Assembly (NCBI GenBank): GCA_043228905.1 | Contig: JBHGNT010000011.1 | Location: forward strand, 22,180,349-22,244,348 | DNA length: 64,000 bases | Source of the DNA: Azolla caroliniana | Taxonomy: Eukaryota; Plantae; Polypodiophyta | Direction: 5' to 3' | Shown: positions 37,901 to 51,695 of the stretch, one piece after another | Position numbering within the stretch: position 1 is the first letter of the stretch | How the letters are laid out: each line of letters begins with the position of its first letter | The notes under the pieces: model-generated | What the model saw: the letters and a program-made list of their open reading frames with translations, nothing else | Told to the model about the DNA's origin: nothing | The model's database searches: none | Translations under genes and position numbers: made by a program

Positions 37901-40900
37901 GTAAGGGATCATCAAATAATTTAGAAACTGTTATGTGGATTGCAGGAAATGGATATTGGATATATTGTTGGAAAGTGCGAGTTAAATGGCTAAGCTCTAT
38001 AATAATTTTTTATCTCCAACAAGATTGGAAACAGCAAGGAAACTCGTGATCTGAATGAACATCACTGAAATTTGAATAAACAAACACCTTTAGCATTGAA
38101 GTGATAAAATCCGAGGCATGAAGGTTTATTTTGCTACAGTACCATAAAGCTGTTAATTTCAAGCCAACAACCTTTTTGTGATCTAACAGTAGAGATGCAA
38201 CCATTATAGGTCAAAGAAGACAAACCAACAATTCTATTCATGCCAGTATTTCCTTCCATGACATAAACCTTCTTTAAAAGTGAACCCACTTCCCAATATA
38301 TAAGGATCATAAATTCCATGCATAATGTTAACAGATGGAGTGGAAGAGCTTAGTTTCATCATGGACTGGGACAAAATGAGAAGGGTTATATTTATGTCTT
38401 TAAAATAATTCCCAATATATAAGGATCATAAATTCCATGCATAATGTTAACAGATGGAGTGGAAGAGCTTAGTTTCATCATGGACTGGGACAAAATGAGA
38501 AGGGTTATATTTATGTCTTTAAAATAATAATAAACTATTGATCCAGAAGTATAACATTACAATACTAATATTTACAAAAATGAAAAGTGAGAAATAACGA
38601 ACAATTACTAAATGTCTCTGAAGAGGCTAAAGGGAACAGACAGTCCAACAACATCATTAAGATACATCTAAATTAAATAACCATACACGCCCATCTAGCA
38701 AACAGAGAGGGCATAAAATTAAACTCGGGCATGCTACTACCATCTAAAGCTAGACAAACATCACTTGTTGGGCCTAAAACAAAAACAATAGGAAGACAAT
38801 GAATATGTCAAAAGGAGCTTTCCAAATATCAAAGACACACCAGATGAGATCTTTTGAAAGGATGATATTCTGCTAGTGTTAAAAAACCTAAAATGCAGCA
38901 AAATGTTGGATTCATGAACAAAAAAGTGTAAATACTAGCTACCTATCAAAAACCACATAGAAATTGTTCACGTCAGAAAGGCATGTGAAAATCCACCTCA
39001 TTTTGGGTACACTAACATGTTTCCATATGGAATACAAGATGACAAAGAGTGAAGAGAAAAGCAATATTGTTGCTACAAAAGATCTCTACCTTAACCATTT
39101 CGGCAACTATAAATCCTACATCCGATGCGCCTGCTTTTTTCGCCAGTTGACATCTCTGCAGATCTTGCAGCCACCTTCCCACTTTGGACCTCGCAGCAGC
39201 TGCAATGGCCATAGAGCCTATTCCAGAACCTTCAGCTCCAGGGGGTGGTTGAGCACAATCATACTTTTTCGCCATGAGCCTTTGGCGTATTTTCTTCACC
39301 CTTTTCTTAAAGGCATGATGTCGCAACACCGACATTGATCCTGACACTCCTTTATTTCCTGATGTCAGCCTATTTTCTTTATCTTGAGAGCCATCACTTT
39401 CATTTACTGCTTGATTGTTGGCATTTCTAAGTTGACTGTCTCTGCTGAGAGAGAGCCGACTAGATGGTGAGCCCTGTTCTCTCGAATCCATGGTTGCTCT
39501 CTCACGAATTTGCTCTAAATACACTTTTCGACGAAGCTCGCTCTCTCTAAGTTTCTCAATAAGCTTTTGTGCCTGCAGCTCAGTAACTTCTTGCTGTGCC
39601 TTTGCCCTCACCTCTTTCTTGCGGACTTGCTCCACAGCCCTGGCTTCTCTGGCTGCACTAGCTGCTTTACGCTCCTCATCTCTTCTTGTTTTTGCTTCTT
39701 CTTTTCTACGTTGGGCTTCAGCAAGCCTTTGCAACCGTTCTGCCTCTATGATTCGCCTACGCTCTAGTACTGCTTCCTCTCGGGCCACTTCTTCTTTTTG
39801 CTTTATTTTCATGCTCTGTAGTCTTTCAGCCCTGCGTATTTCAGAATCTTGAAGCCTCTGCTTAAGTGAGAGCTTTTTATTTTCTTCATTGAGAGATGTA
39901 ATAAAACGCACTTCGCTCACTTTGCTACTCTCATCACCAGCACGCCTTGCTATCTCAGCTAGGTGCGCTTCGTGTCGAGATTCCCCTCTTTGTTGCCGTG
40001 CATGCATGCCCTCCCTCAATTTGCTACTTCTCACAGCTTGCCATTCACTAACACGATTTAGTTTTTCTGTTGTCTTCTGAAGACGCTGAACACGCTCATT
40101 TTCAAGCTCTCGCCTGATCCGTGTTGCACGAGCTTGTTTCTCATCGACTTCCTTCTTCATTTCTGAAGGGCTTTTTCTTTTTCTTTCAGGTGACATTAAC
40201 TTGTCATGCAAAACTTTGACCCTCTCTGCACTCCTTGATCCTGTACAAGGAGATCTTGAGGCTCGATTTAAACTTTTTAATGGAGAAGCTAAAACATCTT
40301 CCCAGTTTCTCTTCACTTTCCAGGCATCCATGGAACTCCTGGACTTTGGTGTCTTCTTTTCTCTTTGGTTATCAACAATGGATACACGCTTCTCCACAGA
40401 TTTATTGATTCCCTCTGTATTTGCAGTAATAGCTCCAGCATTTTCACTTCTTGAAGCTAGTAAATGTGTGTTGTCAGGTATGCCTTCATTTGTTACCCCA
40501 ATGTTAGGATTATTGGCAGAAAGATCTGCGGTGCCAGCTAGACAGCATGCTTTTCCAACCAAAGACCCCTTCAATAATGCACATACCCCAGATAATTCAT
40601 TAGAATCAGGCACATTAATATATTTTTTGTGTTGCTCCTTGATGCTTTGACCATCTGAATTTGGCAAAACACTGGATTTCATTACAGACTGTGAATTGCC
40701 ATCTGCATCAAAAGCAGTTTCGTGCATATCTGTGTTACTGTTTGCAGGGAGGGGTTTCTGTGATGGGAACTCAGCAAAACTCTCCTCAATAAGCAGTTGA
40801 GCTGCTTCACGTCGTTTTGATTGCAACAGAAGGTTCTTTTCTGAAGTTATTTGTCTTACCTTCTTAAAAGCCTCCAAAGAAGATGATAAAATTTCTGCCC

Positions 40901-43900
40901 TGTGTGGAGAGCATGCCATCCTTCGCACCTGCGAATGGAAAACATCCCAATAAAAGAAAAGACTACAGAAGCAACAATCCACAGTGCAATAAGCAGCTCA
41001 ATACACGTGACAATTACGGATATCATTTTAAAATTCTAATAGCATATTCTTGGCTGCCTGCGCCTGCTACAATGGCAATCATCATATCTAAAGTCTATCC
41101 AAAAAATTGGAGTTCACAAGTTCAGGCACCTATTCCAGAATTAACAGAAATATTGAGTATATTCAATCTAAGGTTAACCCCCCAACCACATGAGCATAGG
41201 TAAAAAAAACCTAGATTGCCATGCCTAACTTTTACCTATATAGAATCATTTTTTAGGTAATAATTTAAATTGAATTAGGGATCCTAGTATATCTTTTAAA
41301 TCTTCACAAAACATTGTGCACATCTTTTAAAATAGAACCAAACTTCGATGGAATAATGAATTACCTCCCAAGCAATAGCGTGAGGTCTTCTATGCTCCAC
41401 TTTTCCAGCAAAAGGGCTTTCCAAGTTTCCTCCAAACAGAATCTGAGATGCAGATGGCTGCTTTTTTACTTTCTCAAAACCCTCAACCCGAGATTTCAAT
41501 TCATTAAAATCCAGACCAGCCTCTTTAAGCACAAGAAGAGCCTCTTGGATTTGTTCCATATCACACTCAAGCTCACATAGAAAGTAAAGTTCATCAATTG
41601 CCCTGTTCAGATTCTCAAATAGATAACACCAAAGTCTCTGTCGAAATCTTTCTTTACTTTCAACTGACTGATTCTCTTCTACCTTTCCCATTAACATTCT
41701 GGCAGCTAAACTGAACTCAATTGATGGCTTAGTCCCAGCAGTACTGCCCTCTTTGTCATGATGTACTAAACAAGTTTCTGAGACTGCTGTAGCCATAAAA
41801 TTTAAGGAATCCATTACATTTTCATTGACCAAATTTAAACTGGGTATGGTATTTGAAGTAACTTCAGACACCCCATTGTTTGAATAGATACAAATTTTTT
41901 GACTATCCATTGATTTTATAGGCTCTGCTATGTATAATGTGTTGGAATTTTCAACTGTCTTTGTAAATGGCTGTATATCTTCTCCCATTGTAGGATTTAA
42001 ATTTTCAGTAATAGGAATTACTGAGCTTTCTGTTTTATCTCCCTCAAGGTTAGCCACTGCATTGGCATCATGCTCTCCCACTATAATCTTGCATGGAGCT
42101 TCTGATGCATTTAAGTCTCCTGATGAGATGCCAATTGCCTTCCAGTCTGATACATGAAGACATTCAGATGATCCTTTATTCATATCATTTATTTCCTTTG
42201 TAGATGTTTGCTCTCCTCCTTCCAAACATAGAGTAGCATTCTCATTCTTGGATACACTAGCATTTTGGCACATAATTGAGTCATTTGTTGCACCATTTTC
42301 TGTGGAATTTTGTTCAACCTGATTTTGTGACATATCTTCATCTTCCAAATTCCCCCATTTGAACTTTGGAGTATCAACTACCTTTATAGGGCCTTGATTA
42401 CAAACCTGGAATAGAACTCATCATTATTACTAAAACCAAATGAATGCATGTACATCCAAAAATAACATTCTGTGCGCAATATTGAAATATGGGGATAAAC
42501 ATGCAGTTTTCAATTAGGTTTTGTGGAATATCAATATACATTTGGAAGAATAGGTAATCCCTGTAGTTATTATTAGCAACAACACTTTGCTCAAATGCCT
42601 AAGAAGATACAGAAACAGTGTGCACTGTAACCTTAAACATTTGACTGCCACCTCAAAGAGCTCAACAAAAGCAGCCTAGTTCCTTGAGTATCTAAGTCTT
42701 CAGAAAGAAGAAAAGAAAGACTTTTTTAAGTTCATGATTTCATACACAGATGACCTTTTATTCATAATGATATACCAGATTTTTTTTTGCTTCATCACGG
42801 TATGTAATTGTTTGATGATGGGTTTTTTCCTGCTGGAATATGTATGTAGAGGGGGATAACGACTTCATCTTTTTCAGCTTCTTTATGCATTTTTCTTCCA
42901 TTAAATTTGGCCTCGAAACCAAATTATTTTGTGGAGCAGAGTATCCAGGTATTTAGAAGACATGGTCATCAACTATATTCTACATTCATCGGATGCTTAT
43001 AAACATTGACGCACAAAGGTAAGGTTTAAAGGTACAGGACAAAGAACATGCAAAAGTATATGCCTGAAACTTCATGAACCCAAAAGAATAAGATCATCAA
43101 CTTAATCAAGCATAGCATGCATAATAAATTGTTAAAATCTGGGCAGCATTTGACAGAGACCAACAACCATCAAAAGAATATCCTGTCCATAGCATTTTTT
43201 CCATCATCAGAGTAGAAATTCTTCCTTAGGTCTGATTGAGATATAGTGGCTTTAAATAGGTGGGATCGCAATTTTTTTATACTGAAGAGCAGAATGGCAG
43301 CAGACGTGCAACATGAAACCAAAGAATGCTTTAAGCAACCAAGCAAGTCGATATGTGGGTAGTTGAAACCCGAAAGAAACGTTTAGGCTGCAGCCATGCC
43401 GATTTTATAATGTTTAAACATCCTTTTAATAAATAAAAAACAGCATTTTTATGCAGGAGAGTTGTAAGTAAAACGAAAACCAAACTTTTTCACCAATAGA
43501 CAAGGTAACTGATGAACAAGTTTAGTGAGTCCAGTGCAAACTAGAGGGGCATCTTGCTGATGTTTACCAGAGAGGTTAGGCAACTTAAATAGCTATTTTA
43601 TGAACATCTTGAGCATTGTAATAACATTTTCTTAGTCAATTTCTTAATATGTAAAGAGCTACAAATAGATTTTAATGCAATTTTACTAGAGTAAATGGAG
43701 TGGACATCTAAAGATTTTAATATGGGTCAGAGATTTTATTGTTTGCATTAACTTCCAACTATACTAGTATATCCATGTATCTAGAAGAAAAAAAATATAG
43801 CTATTTTTATCTCTTCTACTTGGTAATTGTCAGCAAAAAGAACTACATTTGACTACTTCATTAAAGATATATAATTATCCATCAAACTAGAAGCATGCAG

Positions 43901-45010
43901 ATTCATACATACCATCTTTTCATTTGGCTGGGGCATAGAAACATTTTCTGAGCTGTCCATAGTTGTTGATCGAAGTGCATCTTTACAATCAAGCCAGTTA
44001 CAAAAATCTTTAGACTGCAATGAAACCTGGTCATCTGATGCTGCAAAGCTTTCTTGCCTGGACTCTACTCTCACATGTTGCTCCAAGTAAGTTTTGGGCT
44101 TCATTTGAATTTCATCTGCTTTCCTGCTATTGGAGATAGGCTTGTGGGCTCTAGCAGACCTGCTTTTCTGCAGAAATGACGTATGAGTTAAGCAGAAATG
44201 ACGAATGAGATCACATCCTCGCAGAATTTAAAACAAATAAGCCACTTCCAAATCCAATGGAGAAATTACCATTCCAATCTGTAACAACAAAGCCGTAGGC
44301 ATCATCAAACAACAAAAATAGAATCTCTAAAAAACTCACCTTCTTGACTTCAAACCAGCCTGAGTTTTGGTCATCATCATTGTCTTTAGTAGTATTTGCA
44401 TCTGTGATAACATCAACTTGAAATCCTACTGCATTTTGAAGACAGGATGCCTTATTTGAGTGACCTCCTACAACATCACTGAAAGTAAAGACAAAAAAAG
44501 GTTATGCCACAACAAACTGGGATATAAAACAAACAGTGGAGACTACAAAGCACTCACACTGCACCATGAGAAATTACTCATGTATGTCATTTGAACAAAC
44601 ATAAATACGCAAATATGAGTGCGGACACAGACACATACAAACACAGAATAGAAGTTTAAATGACAATGCATAAATAAATGAAACACTTTTGTTGACATGA
44701 CAATCCAGTACATTTAGAATACAAATAGAAACAAGTCATCCAAAAATTTGTTCGTTTACTACATTGGTGACTGCATATGCGTATCACAGAATTTTAAGAA
44801 GCGCCATATAAAAGAAGTGATTCTTAAGGTATGGACAAACTTGCAAGTCAACCATAACTCTAGATTTTGGAAATAATCAAATTAAATTTGCCATGTTATC
44901 CCAAATTCAATATCTTTTCATTCATCTGTAAGGCTATTACCATTTTTCTAAATGCATGCACCCAATGCACCATACCTTTCTTTGTGCCGTTCTGATGAAT
45001 GCGTCATCAT
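34930..45010 (-). CDS. SCAPER: SCAPER-like protein (S-phase cyclin A-associated protein in the ER), ~1850 aa
   Basis: 10 GT-AG coding exons in frame: 45010-44976,44478-44340,44167-43913,42405-41365,40928-39090,37763-36636,36555-36451,36173-36084,35995-35885,35739-34930 (5553 nt). GWFEVKK; PKFKWGNLED; SCAPER_N-like WCYLFENLNRAIDELYFLCELECD; HDKLMSPERK and a long R/E coiled coil; C-terminal LLLGYFALLHPGNQ, ICDLPFAFFSDP, LENRFP. Confidence 0.88.
38290..38527. repeat. Perfect 119-bp tandem duplication in a SCAPER intron
   Basis: 38290-38408 is identical to 38409-38527. Confidence 0.95.
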
Positions 45011-45186
45011 ATCTTCTTTCAATTCAATTCAGCCTGCATATAATCAAATCTAATGAATGATGTGATAATCCACGAGCATTCAGAATCTTAATCGGTTTAG
45101 CTTCGAGTTGAGCATTGGAGAAAGCAGAGAAAGAAGGAAAGAGACGGAGACAGAGAAGGAGGAGGGTGAGAATTTGAGAGACATAC

Positions 45187-45376
45187 CATAGCGGTGAAGA
45201 AATGTCTCGGCCGGCTGCTGGCGCCAAGGAAAGGGGATTTTGTAACGGGTCCTGCCTTTCCCCTCTGCAATGAAGAGACCCTCCCCCCCCCCCCCATCAC
45301 CACTCCACACACTCTGTGTCTATTCTTTCGTTGTAACACCACGTTATGTGAAGTGGAGGTGGGAAACCTCAAAAGG

Positions 45377-45433
<57 letters not shown>
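45187..45433 (-). promoter_or_regulatory. Probable non-coding first exon and TSS region of SCAPER, with a compound (AC)n(TC)n microsatellite
   Basis: Donor gtatgt at 45186 and acceptor tgcag at 45034 on the - strand; (GA)n(GT)n at 45380-45433. Confidence 0.6.
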
Positions 45434-45436
<3 letters not shown>

Positions 45437-47076
45437 GAAAGGGTTATAAACATATGTGTTTTTTGTAAGCCCATTACCTCGTGGTTTCATGTGATCAAGG
45501 CAAGTTGGTAATCTGGATTCATGGTACGAGCTAAGGTATTCATTTGGAGAGCTATAGTTGGAGCTTTACCATTGGGGGATGCATTAAAAAAAAGAAACAT
45601 TGTTACAGGAATGTGATTCTTTTGTTCGTTGGAATTGGAACATAGTAGGCATCAATTTCTTTCATGCCTGATGGCCAAGATGGTGTATCAAATTGGTGTG
45701 GATGTCTCTAATTGGAGTAAGCCTATCTTTCTTCTGTTGGGTTTTTGCACATATGGTGAAGAATGAATCGATGCCTCATTTCAAATTATTCCTGAGTTCT
45801 TAAGGTATTAGGGGCTATGGTTAAATTGGAATATGTGGAATGCCTTCACTTGTAATTCTCAAGTTGGGGTCAGAAAATATATTGATGTGTTAAAGGTACT
45901 TCTTTTATGGCAATTGATAGTACTAGAGAAGGCATGAAATCTCAACCATGAAGAGTGAGAACACTACAAGGTCACATGTCATCATATTCGCCATTTGAAT
46001 TTGTGTGTAGGGTAGCATTGAGTTTGTAGTTGTAGTAGTATTTAGCTCCCTAGAATGGTTCTATACTTTGTAGTAAGTCAGTCATGGTGGTGTTTTTTTC
46101 TTTCGTATTGAAAGCCATTATTTACGAAAAAAGATTGAATGAAGACACTTATCAACAAAGTTCTCATCATCCAACAAAAAAAAAATTCTCTCCGACATCT
46201 GTAAGCAAAACCTCAATAACTTTCGGAAAGCAATGTATGGACAAGTTAGTGAGTGGTTGTGCCAGTCTAGTAGACATGGTTTGTGGGACATCCCAAGTGT
46301 GAATAGATCCTGGATAGTGACCCAACTAGAACAAAAAAAAAGTTGAGCCTTATTACAAGGTCATGGAGAAGAAGCAAAATAACTCAAAGAGGGTTTAGGG
46401 TTGGTTGTAAGCAATGTTGTGGTGGTGGAGATTTTAAAAGCTTAAAGCATTACTACCTCCATGAGAAGACACATTTCTTGAGCAACGACAAACTCTTCTA
46501 GATACATTTTCGCCTTGATTTGCACCAAGCTAATGGATTTTATGCATATATGCATATGCTATTGCATTGCATATTCACCCATTATCATAACGATAGTGGA
46601 TGTGAATGTTGGGTCATTGATCCTTATGCTTTGCCATAATTCGCGTTCAACAATAATTATCTTCTTCTTCTTTTGCATGGAGAAGCAATGACTAAGTGAA
46701 AAGATTGAGGGTTTTCTAATCTCATGACTATTTGTCGTTTTGATCATCAATGCTTATTGTTAATTAGTCACAAGTTAAGGTGAACATGGTAGACTACATT
46801 CGGATTGTCCACAATTTCATTTGCATGGCAATAGTGGTTGTCAGGTGATGACGGTCATCGACAAGTAGTCATCATTGATTATGGCTATGGCATGCTTTTA
46901 TGGGCATTTGAAGGTAATAATTAGGAGCACAAGTCAAATAACCTCAAATGAAAGAGGAGCGATGATCTACTCTAATGAAAAATGAGCCATGGATAATGAG
47001 ATACATGTTATTCATATACATGGTGACTCTTCTTCATTGTCATCTATCTTCCTTTTCATTTTCTTCTCCTCCTCCT

Positions 47077-47280
47077 ATAAGAGAGAGTCAAGGATGACAA
47101 TCATATTAATCATATTGTATGCATCACTCCCACACATGATATTAAAGTGTTGTACCCTATTAAGTATATGATAAACTCTTATAAGAGGGAGTCAAGGATG
47201 ACAATCATATTAATCACATTGTATGCACCACTCCCACACATGATATTAAAGTGGTGTACCCTATTAAATATCCGATAAAT
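47077..47280. repeat. ~104-bp tandem duplication
   Basis: ataagagagagtcaaggatgacaatcatattaatca...gtaccctattaa occurs twice. Confidence 0.85.
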
Positions 47281-47474
47281 ATCTCACCTTTGATGCTACG
47301 ATTCAAGAATAAAACGAAGATCCATTTGACAATGCATGATAATTGTGTGTGAGTGAGTGAGTGAGTGAGAGAGAGAGATCAATAGAGTAATAGAGAGGTG
47401 AGAAAATTGGGTTTCAAACCCAAGCTGTAGACTTGCTATTTGTGTAAACAACTTACTACTAGCGTAAGCTAATT

Positions 47475-50157
47475 AAGAATTAGAATTTTTATCGTCCATA
47501 AAGAGGCCAATTTTGACCTATGGGACCAAAGTATACATGTGTTCTTGATATATGTCTCCTTCCTAAGAAGGGGTATTCATATGTTGAAGCACAAAGTCTC
47601 TATGTGTTAATAAAGCATACACATATGAGCTCAACCTTCTAGGTGGTGTCTTAAGTATGGATCTTAAGTTATCACTCCCTCTTAGTATGTCAACATATCT
47701 TGAACGAATTGCACTATATGTCGAGCATGTGAAGAGCAAGTGACATTCATCCTCTACCATGCCTTCATTGCATACTTTACGTGTCTTCAAATTCGTTACA
47801 TTTTGATACCATGATGCAACTTCATATACCTAACTTGTGAGATCGAGTGCGAAGTAGTGTAAGGGCTCTACGAGCATTGCTACTCATATTGGTAATGAGA
47901 TAAGGTTGGATACGATCAATAGACATTCTTGCTTTATATTGAGACCAACATTCAAGGTTGACATTTGCAATGTAGTATTCTAGCTTTGTCCTCTTAGCAT
48001 CCTCCCACTTCATCCTTAATGATTCCCCCAACCTTTCCTCAATCATTACATATTGCATAGCATTGCCTGAAAGCTCTAAAAGATCATCCACACCCCATCT
48101 TCTAAACCATTTCTTTATGTCAACAACCCAACCAGATGAGAGAATCTTACTTTTATGATTCTTTTGTAGCTTACATCCAACATTCCAAGAAAGATGTGGT
48201 AATCGATGATTCGGCATATTCTTGACTTTTGTAATGTATTTATATACTCTTTGGAGTGCCAATAGTTCTATGGGTCGAACACCCGTTTCCAAGAGCATAA
48301 CCTGGTAAGAGGTAGTGCATTTAACTCCTAATTGCCTCCTTAAAAACATCTTTTGAATTTTCTCAATCTCGTTCCATGCATTAAGAGAGATGGTGCCACC
48401 CCATACTTCTACTCCATAAAGCAATACTTGAGTTACCATGGCATTGAACAACATTAATTTTACTTCCCATCCACAAGTATCACTTTGGTTGCATTGGTTC
48501 TCCAAAAGGTAATATGATTTCCGATCGGCTTGGAGCTCCATTTATTTGTGGCAGGTACATCAATACCAAGATATTTAAAGCTTTTAACAAATTGTATATG
48601 TTCACCTTTATATGTAAGCATAGGGTAATGATGAGGTTGGATGGTTTGCACTACCATCATTTTTGTTTTCTCCACATTCACTGCTAGTCCACTACTATGG
48701 CAAAATTCTTCTAATACCCCAAGTAAATGTTGCATACTATCAACATCATATGAGAAGAGTACCACATCATCTGCATATAGAAGCAATAAGATAACATGTT
48801 GCATCAAATTGGGGCCATTCAATCCTTCTTCTCTTGCAACCTTATTCACCACTTCTTCTAATTTATCAATACATAAGCCAAAGAGTGTGGATGATAGTGG
48901 ACATCCTTGCTTGACCACCATGTTACTTAAAAAGCTCTTTGAGAATCCACTATCCATTTTTAGTTGGCATTTAACTTGTTCATATAGGTGTGCAACCGCA
49001 ACTCGGTACTCTAATGGCATGTCAATGTCTACCATTCTATTCCAAAGCTCACTTCGTGGTACGGTATCAAAAGCTTTCTTGAAATCAACAAAACAACAAT
49101 AAAGTGTTTTCCCTTGTAGTCGACTCTCTTCCATGATTACTCTTAATGTGACCAAATGATCCACGGTGGAGTGTTTTGGTCTAAATCCGGCTTGCCCATG
49201 TGCTCTTTTGCTTGTACTCTTAGCCCATGTGCTTATCTTTTGCTCCATAATAGTACTATATAATTTAGCAATAGTTGAGCTCACCATTATTGTACGATAA
49301 TTTGCTACTTGATTCTTATCTCCGCTTTTAAATATTGGTTTAATCCAATTCATAAGCCAATCATTTGGAAATCCTTGTTTTATAGCTTGCTCTAAAATTG
49401 TCATTATCCAATGACAAGTGTGTGGCATTGTCCATTTTAAAAGCTCACTTGAGACGTAGGTTGAATCTGTTGCTTTCCCACTTGCCATCTTCTTTATTCC
49501 CTTATTGACATCATCAATATCGATACATGTAGTGCATGGAGTTTCAATTTTCTCAACCATAGGAGCCACACCTTCATGCATATATAACCTTTGTACATAG
49601 TCTAGCATCTCTTCATTTGTACAGTGACCTTTCACATCTTCTTTCTTACCCTTGAGTTGTCCCCATGCTAATTTTGGTTTGAGCTTAAACAAGTTTTTCT
49701 TTTTCATCTCTTGCATTTGGAAATATCTTCTTTTCTTTCTCCTCACTACTTTCTTGTATATGTGCCATGCAACAGTCTTGTCATTCCCCCCTTCTATGGA
49801 CTTAAACCATTTGAGATACATCTTACATTCATCGTCGAACCAAGAATTACATGGAAAACTACATACCTTATGCCCACCCACATGTCTCTTAAAGCATTGA
49901 TATCCAACCTTAAGGATTATATCCTTCAAATGTTGCCAATTTTCTTTAACATCGTTGCTTAGAGAAAAATTTAACAAATGGTTCTCCACTTCATTTGCAT
50001 ACATCTTAGCTTTTTCGTAGCAAGGTCGGATGATACATCTCTTTTCATCTTTCACTTCACAACATCTAGTGGAATGTGGAATTGCAAGCTCTAAGTACAA
50101 TGGCTTGTGGTCTGAGTTTGGAGATAGAGAACCAACTTTAAACACATTCACCAATGA
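47475..50157 (-). mobile_element. 5'-truncated LINE, family B (end of APE domain, RT, knuckle), two frameshifts
   Basis: SPNSDHKPL, QAGFRPKHST, FVDFKKAFDTV, LLYADD, FKYLGI (ORF 48460-50154), continued in 47822-48541 and 47563-47790; (AATTCT)n-type tail at ~47475. Confidence 0.92.
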
Positions 50158-50270
50158 TAGAGAGAGAGAGATTAAAGCTTTGTAGCCTATTAAGTATCCG
50201 CTAGATATCTCACCTTTGATGCTACAATTCGAGGATAAAATGAAGACCCCCTTGGTAATGCATGATCATC

Positions 50271-50340
<70 letters not shown>
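50271..50340. repeat. Compound microsatellite (GT)n(GA)n
   Basis: Directly visible. Confidence 0.95.
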
Positions 50341-50345
<5 letters not shown>

Positions 50346-51258
50346 TGGTGCATTCAACCCCTACTTTCCAAAGCGGTGGCACCTAGAGGAAAAAACTTAA
50401 GGAACGAGAAAATGTGTGATAGTCAAGCCTTGAACCCAAAGCTTTAGAGTAGGTAGTCTAAACAACTATCATCAGGATTAGAGAGAGGGTAACATGGTAA
50501 TGGGGTAATTTATATTCTCCAACACGTGAAAGGGACATAGTTGTGATACTCCTAAATAAGGAATAATTTCAAAGATGGAACTTTTCAAACCTTTTATAAG
50601 GGTTCTTCGTTGTTGTAGTCCTAGGATCTAAACCTTAAGCCTCTCTCTCTCTCCCCCTCCTTAATCATTATCGGTATTAAATAATAAGCCTAATCATTGT
50701 AATTATCATAAGTTTGTAATTAAGCATTGACCAATAGAAGTTTAATCGTGTTTGTGATTTCTTATTGACAGGAATACGGTTCCCTAAACTATGCTCGGCC
50801 ACAACCGAGACGTCAGATCAATCACAGAAAACAGGGATGTGGGAAGATGTATCTACGCACGAAACAGTAAAGAAGAGAGTGCACAGGATGTTAACGTGGA
50901 AAACCCAAATATGGGAAAAACCACGGCAGTCCTCAGACTGCAAACTATCACTATGTAAAGATTACAACAATGGGACACAGAGGTAACGACCTCTTACTCC
51001 CTCGCTTCGCCACCAGGCGGTTACAACAGAGACACAATCTCTGTATATCACTTTCTCTCTCTCTCTCTCTCTCTGTACAATCGTTACACCAATGACTCTA
51101 TCATCATCGTTATTAAGTTTGCCCTAGGTCATATTTATACTAATATGACTTTCGGCTATTTACAAATATAGCCCTAGTGGGCTCTCTGGAACATATTTAC
51201 ATATATGTCCCTTCATCTGGTGAGAGGTTCTCACAGGGCCTGCAACATCCGATTCCCA

Positions 51259-51457
51259 CCGGGTCTTCCTTGCCGGGTACTCGTCATCCGGTTCTCACCG
51301 GGTCTTTTGTTGCCGGGTACTCGTCATCCGGTTCTCACTGGGTCTTTTGTTGCCGGGTACTCGTCATCCGGTTCTCACCGGGTCTTCCGTTGCCGGGTAC
51401 GCCACATCCGGTTCTCACCGGGTCTTCCGTTGCCGGGTACTCCACATCCGGTTCTCA
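51259..51457. repeat. Five 40-bp CCGG-rich tandem units in the LTR U3
   Basis: Unit ccgggtcttccgttgccgggtactccacatccggttctca. Confidence 0.93.
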
Positions 51458-51695
51458 CCGGGTCTTCTCACTTCCCATCCGGAGGGACCTATTTCCTAAC
51501 AAACTCCCCCTTCACTCCGGCATGGGATGTCTTACTAGTCCGATCCGCTTCCGACATGCATCCAGCTTGTCGGATTTAGGGTTTACAAATATAGCCCTAG
51601 TGGGCTCTTTGGAACATATTTACATAAATGTCCCTTCATCCGGTGAGAGGTTCTCACCGGGCCTGCAACATCCGGTTCTCACCATCCAGTTCTCA

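Noticed and set aside
39490-40650. Ser/Leu-rich + strand ORFs
   Set aside because: Antisense of the SCAPER coiled-coil exon.
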